64,000 bases of DNA from Euprymna scolopes (taxonomy: Eukaryota), in assembly GCA_053919585.1 (NCBI GenBank), contig CM132796.1. One strand, written 5' to 3'. The notes below the pieces were generated by a model. The model saw only the letters and a program-made list of their open reading frames with translations, was not told the DNA's origin and ran no database searches. Below are positions 24,749 to 39,559 of this stretch, in pieces. The translations under genes were made by a program, and so were the position numbers. The number at the start of each line of letters is the position of its first letter. Position 1 is the first letter of the stretch.

Positions 24749-25880
24749 CTCTTGATGGTATGCCACGAACGATAGTCCTCTCAGGAAAATCAGATCATAC
24801 AGTATCTCTGGACGAATACATAACGTAAGTGAGGCATCCAGGTTGTCCTGGATAGTCGTGCATCTAACCAATATGATAGTAATACGGTTGTACCTCAGGA
24901 ACTAACATTTATGTTTTTATTATACCCACTATTCATAAATTACCTTCCTCATAAAATAATCTCTCAACTGGGCATATTTGCTGATGGCGCCACGCTTTAT
25001 GATCAACACGAGGGGAAAAGCCAATGAACACGTATATAATGCAATCGTAGAAACGCTAGAGGAAGAAATATAATCCGTAGTGGAATGAGGACAAATGTAG
25101 ATGGGTACATTAAAGATTGCTAAGACTAAGCTTGTTCCCTTCAATAATTACAAAAAAATGTTCTCAAGCACCAATAGCTATGGCTAACGATACATTACCT
25201 GAAAGTTATTTTAAACTCCTCGGCTTTACGTTCACGGGGAACATGAGTTGGAACCGATACATCGACAACATTGCCGAGGCTGCTACGAAGAAGGTGGGTT
25301 TCTCTACTGTGCTTGATAGCTACTTACGCTTGGCAGTAATTAGCATCTCTACAAAGCCACCATTCGGCCATATATTTGGTATTATTGTCACGTTTGGGCT
25401 GGTGCATCTGCTACTAGTCTCTCACCCCTGGACAGAGATCAAAAGAGAGTAGCCAACAGTATGCGTTCTGATTATTAATCTAAGTTTCAACCTCAGTCCT
25501 ATCGAAGAATTGGGTATCCATCTGCCTATTCTACAAGTATTTTATGGCAGATTCTCCGACGAATTACTATGCTTCGTATATAAATATGTAAACACCATTA
25601 GAAACCCCGAAAAGCAGTACATTCCTAGCCTTACATAATAGAGATCCCTAGATGTAAGAAAGCCCTGTACTTTAATAAGTGTATTTTCTCATGAACTGCT
25701 AGACTTTTGAAGTTTCTTTTGATTTCTTCGTTTCACAACTGAACTGCCATTCATGAGCTCAAGTCTAATGTAGGCAGACATTTTGCAGCTCAACTCCGTA
25801 GAGACTATCAATGCAACCCATCTGAGTGTAGCCCCCTACATCAATGTAGCAGTGTGCCTTGTTGAAAATGTAATAACAAA
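23330..25880 (+). mobile_element. Old, highly decayed CR1-group LINE (different subfamily), endonuclease to RT
   Basis: GVFNV..W (GDFN-like), FPTH, KLLGFTFTGNMSWNRYI, YKATIRP and YCHVWAGA-like motifs across frames. (TA)n at 24661-24744. Confidence 0.75.
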
Positions 25881-25959
25881 AATTAGCCCATCTCCGAGAT
25901 TATTATTGCAAGTTGAGTACGATTCACGAGGCGATATAGATGCTATGTTGTACAAAGCA

Positions 25960-26550
25960 TATTGACCAAAAGACGTGATAAAACATAAGTTTCGCCCAAG
26001 TGAAGGCAATATTTATAGATTATTCGGTATCCAATAATACTACGCTATTTACTTTGACTCAAGGGTCACCCTTTACGAACAGAGCAACCTTTTGGCTAAA
26101 TTTTCTCCAAAAGCCTAAAACGATTTGAGCGATATCCACATTAGTCTTCGTGACTATAACCAACTTATCCAAACCTTTATTCCAGAAACACAACTGATAT
26201 GTTGATTATAATATAACACATGATCAGTGAATTTATAGATAATGACGTCGTCGTTAGAACATATCTTAATATTTGACAGAGTTTTGTATAAATTTTACTT
26301 CAAAAAATGTCCAACAACTGTATTGCTGAGACTGTTCTCTCAAACATCGTCTATTATATTTCCAATAGGTTTATTAAGTTGACAGCAATAGACTACACTC
26401 TGAAACTGGTCTTCTGAAAATAGTTATCATTGGTCCAACACTGTTACTAATCAGCATCAAGGACCTCCCATATCAAAACCTGAGATATTTCGTCGACACT
26501 TATCTATAACCCTGCAACGACTACTAAAACAGGCAATGGACAGAATCTCT
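25960..26550 (+). mobile_element. Possible Penelope-type RT remnant
   Basis: Weak motifs FRP, LAKF, QTFIPET and QGPPIS in order. Confidence 0.3.
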
Positions 26551-26601
26551 CTAGTTCTCTATTTTGATTATGTTCTCTATTTTGATTATGTATGATTATT
26601 T

Positions 26602-27144
26602 GCAAAATATGATGAAACTAAAAATAAAATAGATAAACCCCATAATGTAATATACCATACCTGTTCACACTAAACACTAATCAATATATTCTGTGGATCT
26701 ATATTTAAAACCCTTCTAAACTTTGTGACATATTTCCATTCTATGGAGGTCAGGCGCGAAAGAACACTCCACAATTTAATTATACCATATTTCTTAAAAC
26801 TGAAACATAATTATCAAAGTATACTTACGCAGATAGATATGAAAAGTATTTATTAGAGTGTGTGACCCCACAATTTGAGCATATCATCCCTATTTAAGTA
26901 TTATTATGTACATCTATATCAAAAGTATTTGTACAAGTTTTTTTTATTCTATTTTTTTATTTCCATATTTGTTGACCAGGCGCATACGCGGACCCCACAA
27001 TTTTTATGAATCATCATGATTCCAGGTAAAATATACCGATTTATGTGTCTCAATACATCTTCTATCATTATATGTAATCAATTGTCTATAATAGTCAACC
27101 ATATAGTAGCCTATTCGTGACCAGACACACATACATACGTTCAG

Positions 27145-27216
<72 letters not shown>
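26602..27216 (-). mobile_element. Non-autonomous Helitron-like element with internal ~140-bp subrepeats
   Basis: Reverse complement of 52330-53018. Begins (TA)n-aaagctgaacgt..gtgtctggtcacgaatagg. Confidence 0.65.
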
Positions 27217-27219
<3 letters not shown>

Positions 27220-28879
27220 TGAGAGTGCGTTTGTGTATTGGGATTGTGAGTGTGTTGAAGTAAACCTAAACATTATTAGTACGCTCGGTATTATGAAAAA
27301 ATGTTATTTATTTTATAAAAATATATACGTACCACATAAATACAAAATATATTGTTTGGTCTTTTTTTTGCCATTGTTCTTAAATTTCCCACATTAATTT
27401 AATAATAGAGAAAATCATTAAACCTATATGCTTACACCTGCATATATTTCCTGAGTATTAGAAATAAATAAACAAGAAATGGCATAACAATGAAATGTAA
27501 GGATTTGAAAAGCTACAGAACTTATCACCAAAGTTAGAGTAGCGAAAACAACCCCACTCATGAACTATAATACCTATCTTTTTAAGGCCCCCTTAAGAAA
27601 ATGTAGAAATGGCATACAAGTGAAGAGATATTGCAATACAGTGATCGATAGAATGATCCATATTCGCATGCTAAGTAAATAGGCTTTGATGTTTGCCTTT
27701 CCCTTTGCATCTACTCAGAGATGTACGTTTCTATGACTTCAAATATGAATGTGCGTGCAAATGCAATCATATATTTTACGCAAAGTGCTGTCAGTTTTTT
27801 TTAATACGTTTTCTACGGACGTAGGTGCACTAGCTAGTGAATTTTGTGCGGATCAAAAATGTTTCAAATCGATTGAAAATCTCTACTGCGTAGCTAAGTG
27901 TTTTTGCTTAGGATTCTTCAGCCTACGCATTTCATGCGAAACTTAAGTTTTGGTAAAATTCTTACTTTCTCCTACTCGTACAACTGCAAATATGATTCCG
28001 TATACATCAAGCATATTTACTGTATTTTTTTCTTTTTATTATTTTAATAATAACAAGTATTCATATTAGAATCATCCATGATTTGATTAAGACTTATTAC
28101 ATTTTCAATAGATATAAAATTGCAACATAAAATAAGATGTGACTAATGCATTTGTGCATGTATTAATATAAAAAAAATAACAACATCTGTGCAATTAATT
28201 CTATTATGGACAATTAGAATCATCGTAAAGACAATATTTTGTTTGCTACTAATTTTATTTGTTTCTTAATTATATTAAATATTGGCACAATATATGGCTG
28301 ATAATTATTAACGTTGTCGTAAACAGGTTAAGAAGCATTTAACTAAGAACCTTATATTACAGATCTTATTAAAGCGGACAACGAAAACAGAGAAGCTTCC
28401 CTCGTTTATAAGAAAATGTAAAATGTGTAAAATAAAAGATTACGTTAAAAGTGGCAATCACATAAAAAAGTAAAAACAATATATATACAATTTAATATCT
28501 ACCTTTTTTTTGCACTACATTCTCATCACTAACGTAAGTTTTCTGAACATGTATTAATTGATATTCTTGAAAACACATCCTAGAAATGTAATGTTCACTA
28601 AGAAATACTATGTTATATTATATCATAATAGGATACGATTGATATTCATATTTCAACATAAATGAAGAATTATTTATACAATTTCGGTTATAAAACCTGT
28701 GTATTGTTATATCGGAGGTAAATATTTGTTTTAATTTTGAAAGAGATATGAAATTTGGTACAATGAAATAGTATAGCAAGTTCACTATTTCGAAACATCG
28801 TGCAGAATTTGAACATACATTTTGAAAATTATGTTCATTTTTCTATTTTCTGCTAAAAAGTAGCGAGTAACAACTAGTT

Positions 28880-29720
28880 AAAAGGAAGTTGTTGCATGCC
28901 TTGCATAAGGTTTATCCCTCGTAGATCAAGCTAAGGATATTAAAATAGATCGAACCACATTGCCTTCATTCGTTGAAAATCCAAACATAAAATAAAAGAA
29001 GGGCAAACACACAAGAAAGTCAGTTTCTGCCGGTGATGTTAAAAAATGTCGCTGTCAACTGACCCCGCAGTTGAGCAGCAACACTTCTGCTATATTTGAC
29101 AAGGATGAAATAACTTTGCTGTCCAGAAAGACATGCTGCAATGTCCATAACGAAATGGCAAGTAACATTACACATTTGCAATACCTGTTTAAAACAAAAA
29201 AAAACTCATATAGAAAAAATAAACTTTTGCTTGGGCTCAGAAATACATGAAAACCAGCTTTGAAAATGTTGTTTTCACCGATTAGGCCAGAGCAACTTGA
29301 TAAACCAGATGGGGCGGGACAAAGTTTTGAGTCCTCTTGGATTCCCTAGCGTACATCGATTGCGTAATCAACAGGTATGCAAGGGTGTCATATTTTGGAC
29401 TGGAATAATCTGTAATGAACTAATTGAATCATTGCGAGTTTCAGAACGTGTCAAACTTACAAACCAGTGTTACTATGGCTTGATGAACTTCGATTGGCGC
29501 GTCACCGCAACTTGATTTTTATGCAAAACGGTACGGTATCCCACTCAGTCTAAGCTACAACACCCACCTAAGTCATTAGGCATTTTTGGAGAGCATTTGA
29601 TGATATGGACCCATATTCCTCCAGATATAAGCCCAATTGAGTAAGTCTGGCCAACAATAAAGTCCCACGTCTGTATATCTTCCACAATGTCATGGAATCT
29701 CATTAACACAGTTCTTAGCA
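28880..29720 (+). mobile_element. Tc1/mariner transposase remnant
   Basis: RLRNQQVCKGVIFWTGII (cf. RQQGGGGVMFWAGI), FMQNGTVSH (cf. FMQDNAPSH), WTHIPPDISPIE*VW (cf. WPPYSPDLNPIENLW). Confidence 0.75.
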
Positions 29721-29759
29721 ATTACATCATAAAATGTGGGCGTCACACATAGTGTGCAA

Positions 29760-30835
29760 GGGATGCACCTATAATCTGCGTGAGAGGACTAATGGCAAAT
29801 GAGTCTGAAATTTGGAATTCTCATTGTATGGAAGGAGCCGAAAAACCATGTCACTGGCTGCTATTTCTGTGCGGTTGATTTGAGAGTAATTAACACAAAT
29901 AACCTTCGCACGGTCAAGTTTCCTGATCTTCGATCAGTACGTCGTCATAGAGTTCATTGTGATGAAATTCCAGTGCCTATCCACAACGAACTTCAAGACA
30001 TTAATGACAAAGTCACCCTCAGTTTTAAAAGAAAATAAAGAAGAAGATAAAGAAGAAGAAAAGGAAAAATTAGAAATATTTTTTAAGATGATGATTCACA
30101 TGCATTTTCTGAAAAAAGAGTTTAATGTCTAGTTCGCGACCTCAGCTTGTAAAGAACTCTGCCGAACTGGTAGTACTCAGATTGAAGGAAAAACACCCCC
30201 TCTCTGATAGTAATAGCACCACTTTCTTCTGCAACAGGCATAAAGAATACTTCTATTTTTACTCTGAGGAAAGGGGCCTGGTGTACTGTACAGGTATTGC
30301 GCAGCTTCTATCCAAGCTTAGGGTGCAACAGTGCGTACGAGACATGAGACTGATCATTGAGAGCATTCAACGATCACTGAAATGTATTACGTTACACAAC
30401 GGCAACAAGTTTGTCTCTGTAGCCATCGTTCACTCGATTACACTTAAATAACATAAATCAGTGAAGTATGTGCTGGGGAAATTATTTATGATCAGCCTAA
30501 GTGGTTTCTCATGGTTTATCTGAAGATGGTGAACTTTATAGGGGACAACCGTCGAACTTCACGACGTATTACGGTTTTACGTGCATGTGAGATAATAGGG
30601 ACCGTGCTCGGAGTTAAACAAAGAACGGGCTGGTGCGGGAGGAACTTGTGCCTTGTAAAGTAAGGAACGTCATAAATGATCCTCTAGTAGGCGGAGACAC
30701 AATACTCTTCCTACCGTTGCACATTAAGCTTAGCTTTATCAAGGAGGTAACCAAAGTTCTCGACACGTATGATAACTGTTTCCCTTACTTGGGTAAGGCC
30801 TTTCGATAATTATTAATGGAGAAGTTGGAAGCTAA
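29760..30835 (+). mobile_element. CMC/Chapaev3-type DNA transposase remnant
   Basis: FGILIVWKEPKNHVTGCYFC, SAELVVLRLKEK, RSLKCITLHNGN, LKMVNF and PLHIKL motifs. Confidence 0.8.
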
Positions 30836-31539
30836 CATTACACGGTCAACCCATGCGTACATGTAAAGAAAAACGTAAAAAAAGGAATATGTGAGCATGT
30901 CTTATAAACTTGACCCAACTGAGCCAAATCAATGTAATTTCTGGATTAATCAAAGCAGACTCACCCGAAAAAAAAAAGCAGACAACAATGTTTTTGTTTA
31001 CTAATTAAATAGTTTAACTTTGTCGTCGATCAAGTGTATTTTCTGAAATACTATGATTTTACATAAGTAATACCAACAATTTTGTGCCATTAAAAGCCCG
31101 TTGGTTATTATGAAATGAAAACAAGACAACCATGGATTTGTCACACTAAGTAACGCTCAACTTGTTGTTCGCATTTATCAGTTGACTACTGACGTATCAA
31201 ATGCAAGCTCATATAGCCTGCTCCATCTAGTTAAAATTTTAAGGATTTTTTAAATATGTTTGTTTAGATATGTGCGTACATATAGCATGCAAGAAAAAGT
31301 TAGTAGGTATTGCATTGATTTTGGAATAATAGTTTTAATGGGGGCTGATTATGTTAATGACACGAATATTTTTAGTCTTATAGTTCTAGGTAACTATATC
31401 GTAGAAAGAATCGCTATAGAGTTAAAATATAACACGAAATCCTGACAAAATGGTCTGCGAATAAAGCCTGGCTTGTGTGGTAGTAATTAGTACCTTGCAA
31501 AGAAATGAACGTCACCAACGACGTTTAGGTAGACCACAA

Positions 31540-31840
31540 CTTTGCAATGCTTTCACCGCTGCACATTAAGGGTTAATTCTGTATGGCTTATTACTGTTGA
31601 AATCTTACAAGAGATATATTTCCTCTGATTACAGATAACACGCTATACAGCATACAATATATGTGTTTGATGGCGTCAAGCTAATCACGAACCTTGATTT
31701 TATTAAAGCAACTAGTCCTCACGATATTCCAATAATAGTGTTGAATTATTCAAAGTTGAAAAATGTATTGCTGTTCACGCAATAACCCTTATCCCTGAGT
31801 TGATTCTGGGCCTGGTAAGTGGTGACAAACGTGTAAAAAA
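31540..31840 (+). mobile_element. Short internally deleted CR1-group LINE
   Basis: KLITNLD..KATSP.DIPIIVL segment joined almost directly to the family 3' tail and A-run. Confidence 0.7.
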
Positions 31841-34119
31841 ATATGCCAAGTAGTTCGGGCAAACGGAAGTTAAAACCCCTAAAATTTTAAACAGTGTGTA
31901 TTAACATGCAATTTATATGTACTTAACCAAATGCATATTTATCATTCTGTTTACAGTAGTCCATGCTTTTATCAGGTACTATATATTTGTTGTTAGCAAA
32001 AAGTTTTTCTTAAAAACATTTTTAGAAAGCTATGTGTTTAAATAACCACCTTATAATGCCTCGAAATATAAGCAGCCTTCTTACAAAAGCTGATTTTTCT
32101 AAATTGACGTAGCACAAAATTATCGCCGAATTGAGAGTAACGGAAGATTTGATAGATTTAACAAGGCAAACATACGCTTAACAACATTTAGAAATGTAGA
32201 CAACATTGGAAATGTTGAAAAGAAAGGTGCCCACTGTTATCATTCATGATTTATATTTTATATAAGAACATATACGGTCGATATGAATCATTTGCCAAAT
32301 ATTTAACTATTTTCAATTTAATATGCGTAGTTTATTTATCCTAGGAAGAAAAATAATCTCGATAAGCCAATGTAGTTTAGTATACACACCACTGCAATAA
32401 ATTCGATAAACCATATATCTATAGCAACGCTACCCTCCGTCCCGAAAAAAAACTGCCAGTCACCAATATGTTGCGGTGCAAGCTGAAAGTACGAGAAAAA
32501 TAGTAATAATAAATACTAAACAACCTTAGTTAACAATATTAATGGAATTACATTAAATTATAAAATATTAGAATTTATCAACAGCGTATCAATTGCTAGT
32601 TTAGCTAAAGTCTCTATGAATTGCTAATTTAGCAGATTTTCATATGCCCCTCTCAGAGTAATATTTAGATTTAACAGATTTTATGAAAAAGGGATTAAAA
32701 AATAATAAAAAAATAGATGGGATATGAGATAAATCAAGTTAGGCAATAAAACTAAAAAAAAGAGTTATTTGTGTGTAAAGTTATCCACTTGTTTGTTCTT
32801 TGATATTTCACCCACGGAGTGAAGCCAATGAATCGACTGTGATTGCAGAACATCAAAGGGTTGCCGCTGAATAATATGAGAGCGCTAGAAATATAAAAAG
32901 AGGAACAAAATCATTCTATTACTGTGGACATGTTTTGAAATGATTCCACTCAACAGGAAAACAATTTTCGAAGGAAGTGATGTTTCTTGATTTCCAGACC
33001 GTGTTTGTTTGCCATGCACTTGATGTCAAGCAAACATTAAAAAACATCTTCAATTATTTTAGAAAAAACGAATACGGGAAACTAAACAGGGTTGCTATAC
33101 ACAACTCTATATTTATTGAATTTTGTCTTCTATCAATTACAAGAATTTACCTACATATTATAAAAGAAAAATGAAGAATATCATTTTTGCTTACATATTA
33201 TTTTAAATATATTATAGAATACTAGGCTACCTGTGACCAGTTGGAGCAGTATGTTATATTAGCTATGGAATTCATATATGAGCATGACACTTGCGACGTA
33301 AAGAAAATAGTTTGTTTTTTGACATAACAGAAACATTTCTATAAACGTATATTAAAATGAAAAAAGAATACAGATAGATTTCTATAAGTCGTTCTGTTTA
33401 TTATAACTGATTATTTTTTTTAAATACAGTTACTGAATTATACGAGGTTGGCCATACTTATAGGTAAATGTGCACTGAACAGATACCATAATACTTATTA
33501 TAGTTAAATTCAAATTTTGATATATTTGCTTTTCTTACATCGTTGATTTCTGTATTATGCTTAATGTATTTTAAACACCACTCTTCCAATGTTAAATACT
33601 AATTTCGAAATAATAACGTTAATATTTCAGTGCACAGGTTATGCGCATGCGACACCGGATGTCGTAAACCGAAAGTGGGTTACATACATTGTTATAAGGT
33701 CATTTGAGTTTTATAATTATATAGATTATATGTTTTATATAAACGATCACCATTATTAATTTATAAAATAAGCTTTACATGAAGATATTTCTAGAATTAT
33801 ACTCACTTTCCTATTTAATAGGGATATCATTATTTATGATGAAATAACACTTGTTTATGATGCAATGTATTCTTAAATTTGATTCATTAAATATTTTTTA
33901 CTCTATATACATTTAAAATGGCATTGCCATTTAAATATAATCTATTTTAAATTCGATATTTCCTGATAACTAATAGCTAATTTATATAATTATATTTGTA
34001 AAACTATTTCGTGCAACTGAACTTGCGATAGAAAAACCAAATATAATAATAAAATATAGAAATAATTAATGTTTCTGAATGTATGTAATTTATATACGTA
34101 CATATACACATATATATGC

Positions 34120-34122
<3 letters not shown>

Positions 34123-34180
<58 letters not shown>
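34123..34180. repeat. (TA)n microsatellite
   Basis: Direct observation. Confidence 0.95.
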
Positions 34181-34184
<4 letters not shown>

Positions 34185-34299
34185 GTACCTAAAATATTCT
34201 AAATGTAATCATCCATCCCCTGAGAAAACTACGTTTATTTACTTTTTATATCATATTTTAGGATTTAGATATTTAATTCATTTCAGGCGACAGAAAAAG

Positions 34300-37200
34300 T
34301 TCAATTCCTAAATACTGTGCGGTCTTCCTCCGGATATCCCTGGTTTGCCGTCTTCCTCCGGTCATCTACTGCGTCCTGCGGGATGCAGATGGGGAACCAC
34401 GTTTATTCATATGATGAAGGAAAAGCTTTTCATAACCAAGAAGAAGCCGTGGACAATCAAGTACAACCATGAAACAGGATTACAAAATGATTCAAATTGG
34501 ATGGTCATCGCCCAGAATAAAAAAGGCCTCTAAGCCGGTTTACGCACCAGGCAGAAAAATAAAATAAATTGGTCAAAACTTGTTACCTCCGAAGTTGGTA
34601 CCAGAGTCACCCCAGTGAGCGCAAGGACAGCGACCAGTCGCTGGCGAAGATGGACTAAGCGTCCTTCACTTTCTTGTTTGACCGACCCTCCAAAGGAACC
34701 CAAGGAGCGGTAAAGCCCAGTTGTAGTTTGTTGAACAGAAGAATGCCCCCAACACTGCTACAACTACTTAAGGTTTAATAAATGGGACGGGGCACAGAAG
34801 AGATAATTAACAAGAGAGTAAGACCCTTCGACATCCCAGCATAGAAAAAGAAGGCATCTTTACCCAACTTACGATTCTCCATCTTACAGATGAAAAGATT
34901 AATCCCCCAAGAGGAACTAGATTCCATCAGATATAAAGCTCTAAGGGCTGCAGAACAAAACAATTCTAGGATAATGGATGAGAAGACAAAACTAAGACAG
35001 TAGGTATTATGGGAACTGGAATTGACTTTGGCACTGATATGAGCAATATAATATGCAAACAAAAAATATGAAAGGTAAAAGGACAGAATAGCAACCTGGA
35101 GGGGAATCTGTTTTCATTTATATCCGGTGAAATACAAATTTCATTAAGATAGTATAACATCACAGCGTTATAACAGCTTAAAATTTTTGGCAACAATATA
35201 ACTAAACTACATGTCTTCAAAAATAACAGCTGTATTGGTGAGCAACAGATGTTCCCTGGAACACCCAATAAAAATTACCACAATAGAACTAGTCCAACAA
35301 TAACCACAACTCACTTTCCTATCCAGACCGATGGAACTCTTTCAGCGCATGAAAAGCTTTACTGGAACTCCTGTGCATCTAGGTTTCCCGGCTGACAAAA
35401 CACCTGTCTTTATAAACTCTCCTATGGGAACCCCACAACCACCGACCCATGAATGTACATCACTTAACCAGACACAATCATCTGAATAACACCCACAATG
35501 ATGATCAGTTAGCTTTGAAGGGGGAACTCGATAACACAGTTGAGGGGGATAGGTTAATAGAATGGCAAACAAACAACATTTATTCAAGGTACAAGAAGCT
35601 GGAAGAGATAAAACTGTGATAAAGCGAAAGTAAACATCGCTTTAAGAAGGCTAATACCATCAACAGTATCACTCACTGAACTCAACCAGGTCCCATATTC
35701 AGCAGGGGTCTGCATCGGCAGGAAAATAAACCCCCGAACGTTCAACCGCCATTATTGAAGGGGAGCCAGAGTAACCAGTCATACACATCACTGGAAGACC
35801 GAATTGCAAAAAACAATTGAACCTCTGCATAAATAATCTAAGCCAAATAAAACAATCACTTACAGATACCCCGGTACAGAGCCGGGAGACACTATACCTA
35901 GGACGACTAGCAGGAAACTCTGTGCCAAATACCACCATCAGAACATTGATGAGTTTCAAAATAAAGATAATGGGATGGAGAAAATGTTCAGCACTTCCTC
36001 AGATGACTAAAAACCAGGAGAAGAAGATCAACTCCCAATTAAAAACATGCATTTTAAGCCAATCAAATGACTATTTATAGGGTACATTATTACTTTAGAT
36101 AGTCCATCTGCAGTGGGAGGCCTGGAAAATACTGGAACCATTCATGTGAAACATAAGGCATATACAAACATAAAGCCGAGTTGATTGACGGCATTATTTG
36201 GGACAATAAAACCGAGCCTTAGATGAAACGGCCAATCATAACTCCTGGTTAGGTAATAAGAAAACTGTGACAATACTCCAACTACACAATACGCGGCATC
36301 GATTATGTTTAAAACTTCTGGCTGGAGCAATAGACATCACTTTATTACCACTACAGTTGTTTCATAAACAGGCTATTAGCTGAGAGAGGAAGGCATCATG
36401 CATAGTACCGTGGGGGAACAACCCCCAAATAAATACAGTTCAATATTCTGCCAACAAACACCTACAAGCTTTTCACTGGTTTGGACGCTGACGTTATATA
36501 TAACCACACATCTTTTGAACCTACCTATAAAAAGAGCAGACAGGGTGCAAAGAAAAATACCTCGGTACCAAAGACCAGCTAATGATCAACAGAACAATTA
36601 TAGGTTACTGTAGGAAGAAGAAAGGACACCTGCACATGCCCTGGATAGATTGCCGGAAGGAATTTGACAATGGCGCACACTCATATTTACTTCTATGCCT
36701 AATTAAAAAAAAACACGGCTTACGTTCAGATGTGCAAAATAACCACACTACAAAGTCACAATGGAGGAAAGACTATCATATGCGAAGTAAAGTACAAGAG
36801 GGGAATATTCCAAGATGACAGCTTATCTCCTATATGAGAAGAGCTCCACTCAGCCAGCTGCTGAATAACAATCGGAGCGCTTATAATTTGAGAGAGGGAC
36901 GCCGTCGAGATCAAAGCAAGATAGGAAACTATCGGTTCTTCATGAATGATCTTAAGTTGTATGCCCGCTCTGGAACCGATCTGAACCATATTCTGCAGGT
37001 ACTACACACGTTCTCTAATCACATCGGTATCACCTGTGTCCTTGATAAATGTGTCAAGAGTAAACTCAGAGCTGGAGAGAATACCCACACAGTGGATATA
37101 AAGCTGAATTAAGACATTGCCATCAGGGTTTACGAAATGCATAAACCCTATAAATGCTTTGGCATTGAAGAAAACGGGAACAAGCAGCATACCAAAATGA

Positions 37201-37330
37201 AAGACAAGATTATTTAAAACGCAGCTTACAAGTAAAAAAATAACTGCTATCAATCAACTTGCTATGCCCCTAATAACATACACCTTTGGTATGATTGACT
37301 GCCCACAAAAAAGACATCAACATGCTAGAT
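34300..37330 (+). mobile_element. Decayed R4/Dong-like (RLE-type) non-LTR retrotransposon
   Basis: LHMPWIDCRKEFDNGAHS, RGIFQDDSLSP (36798-36832), PLSQLLN, FMNDLKLYA, LDKC and KITAINQLAMPLITYTFG. The 5' boundary is approximate. Confidence 0.8.
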
Positions 37331-38899
37331 GTAAAGATACGTATGTCTATATAGTGGTTTTTCTATGGTGCTTAATTCAAATGTATATGTCTTAAGGCGT
37401 GAACCACACGGTTTGCCTATTTTGCCTGGGAGTCGGCATTCCCAGGAGCTGAAAGAAGCCACAAATGGTCCAAAATTGCAAAAAATTACACTTTTTAACG
37501 CATGACTTTTACCCCATCCAATAGATTTTTCTGTAACTTCGCGAGAATATGAAGGCAACGTTGGCCTTTAACACTCCTAACATTCATCATATCTCCACTA
37601 TTTTTGTGGCGTCATTTACATGCAGAACCAGAAAGGCACTATGCCCGCGTTGCTTCTTTATATTTTATTGTGAAACTATTAAGGATATTCGTCTTTCATG
37701 TTAAAATATTTAAAGTCTAATAAGACATTATACGAGTTGAAACATTTTACTGAAAAAATAATAATTATCTGACTATTATCTATATTATAGAGAACGGCAT
37801 AAAGTCTAAGAGTTAAGAAACCAAGTTTTCCTTGGTTATTTATCACAGAAAACATATCTTATTTCATGAAAGTTTATTTATTTCCTAATTATTTATTAAT
37901 AGTACAGACACTATTAAGGATGCTTACTATTTTATTTTACATGTTTATTTTTTTAATCATAAAAACATTAAAATTAAATCACAATATACTACGAAACCAT
38001 ATGTTGGCAATGTGAGTTTGTGTTTAAAACATGCCAGAGATTATATGGCATGAAGCTTCCCAATCGAATATCCCTAGAGAATTCGCTGTTAATCATTTAT
38101 ATTTTTTTTTTGGAATTTTAATGAAATCCATACAAAATTAGTAAAAGTATATAATAGTTTTAGTATTTTAAACACTCAGATATAAATTTCAGCAAGTAGT
38201 CTATGGATTAAATTAGATAAAGAATGAATGTGAACGAGGGTCTTTATATATCAATCCCTACATGTGTGGAATGTTAATTTGTTTAGCAAATAACCTTGAA
38301 TACTTACATGTGTACTAGAGCAAATTAACGACTAAAACTGAACATTGTTCGCAACCTTCTCTATATTTTCGATTTTTTAAAGCCTAAGACCAGTGAAATA
38401 TTGCGCTTGGTAAAAATAAAAACAATACAATAATAAGCAACTGAAAAACCCTGCAGTGATGACGACCAAAAAAATTTTAAAGTACATAACGTATGAAGAC
38501 AAATAAAAATACAGAATATTTAGGGAAACAAGTCGTAAAATGAATTGAAGTCGAAGTATGTCTGACAAACTAAGTAAAGAAATTCGCGGCAAAATCATTA
38601 GAAGGAAAACCTGACTTAGTTGATTTTCCGATCCTTCGTTCATATATATTTAGTTAAGAAAAGTTTTCAGAGTTTTCAATACTGATGAGAAAACTGTGGG
38701 GTTTCCGATGCATATAGAAGCATAAGAAACGTGTACATCACAGAAAATTTGTGTTAATTGTTTTTTTATAATGTTCTTTAATGCAGATGTCGTTATAAAA
38801 TATGTATTTAGTTTAATATTATGCAATTAAACTACCTTTATAAACATTCTTAATGTAATTGTGTTATAGTTGAATGTGCCTAAAAATGCAGCATTGCAN

Positions 38900-39031
38900 N
38901 NNNNNNNNNNNNNNNNNNNNNNNNNNNNNNNNNNNNNNNNNNNNNNNNNNNNNNNNNNNNNNNNNNNNNNNNNNNNNNNNNNNNNNNNNNNNNNNNNNNN
39001 NNNNNNNNNNNNNNNNNNNNNNNNNNNNNNN
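38900..39031 (+). other. Putative masked exon (N 38899-39032)
   Basis: cattgca[g] acceptor and [g]taagt donor; 132 nt. Confidence 0.65.
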
Positions 39032-39559
39032 NTAAGTAGATTTAAGTGTGCGTATATGTGTTATAATCATAGATATTTTAGTGTTTTTTTTTACTTTCAT
39101 TTTTGCTCTAGCTAAAAGTATATGCTAAATCATACATGTAAACACTGACAACAAAGACGTTTATTTCATTTAATCTACTAATCTATTATGTATAATGTAT
39201 CGCTACGCGTCGGGAATAAAATTAAGTAATTATGATATTACAAATTAAATTACTGGAGAGGGGCCTATGTTTTGACTGGCTTCCGTGCGTGCGTGTGTCC
39301 GTACGTTTACAAGTATTATATAGATTACATTATGTAAGGCGTATTATATAAAATAATAATAATAATAATAATAATTACAGGAAAATGATAAATATAAACA
39401 CTAAAACATTTTGCGTATGGAGAAAGTAAGAACGAACTTAGACATCCCATTAATGTACGAGATGAAACGAAAGATAGGATTCTAAAAGCTTACATAATGA
39501 AATACATGGCATTGTTACATATATCCTGCACGATTATCAAATTTATTGAAACTGAAGTG

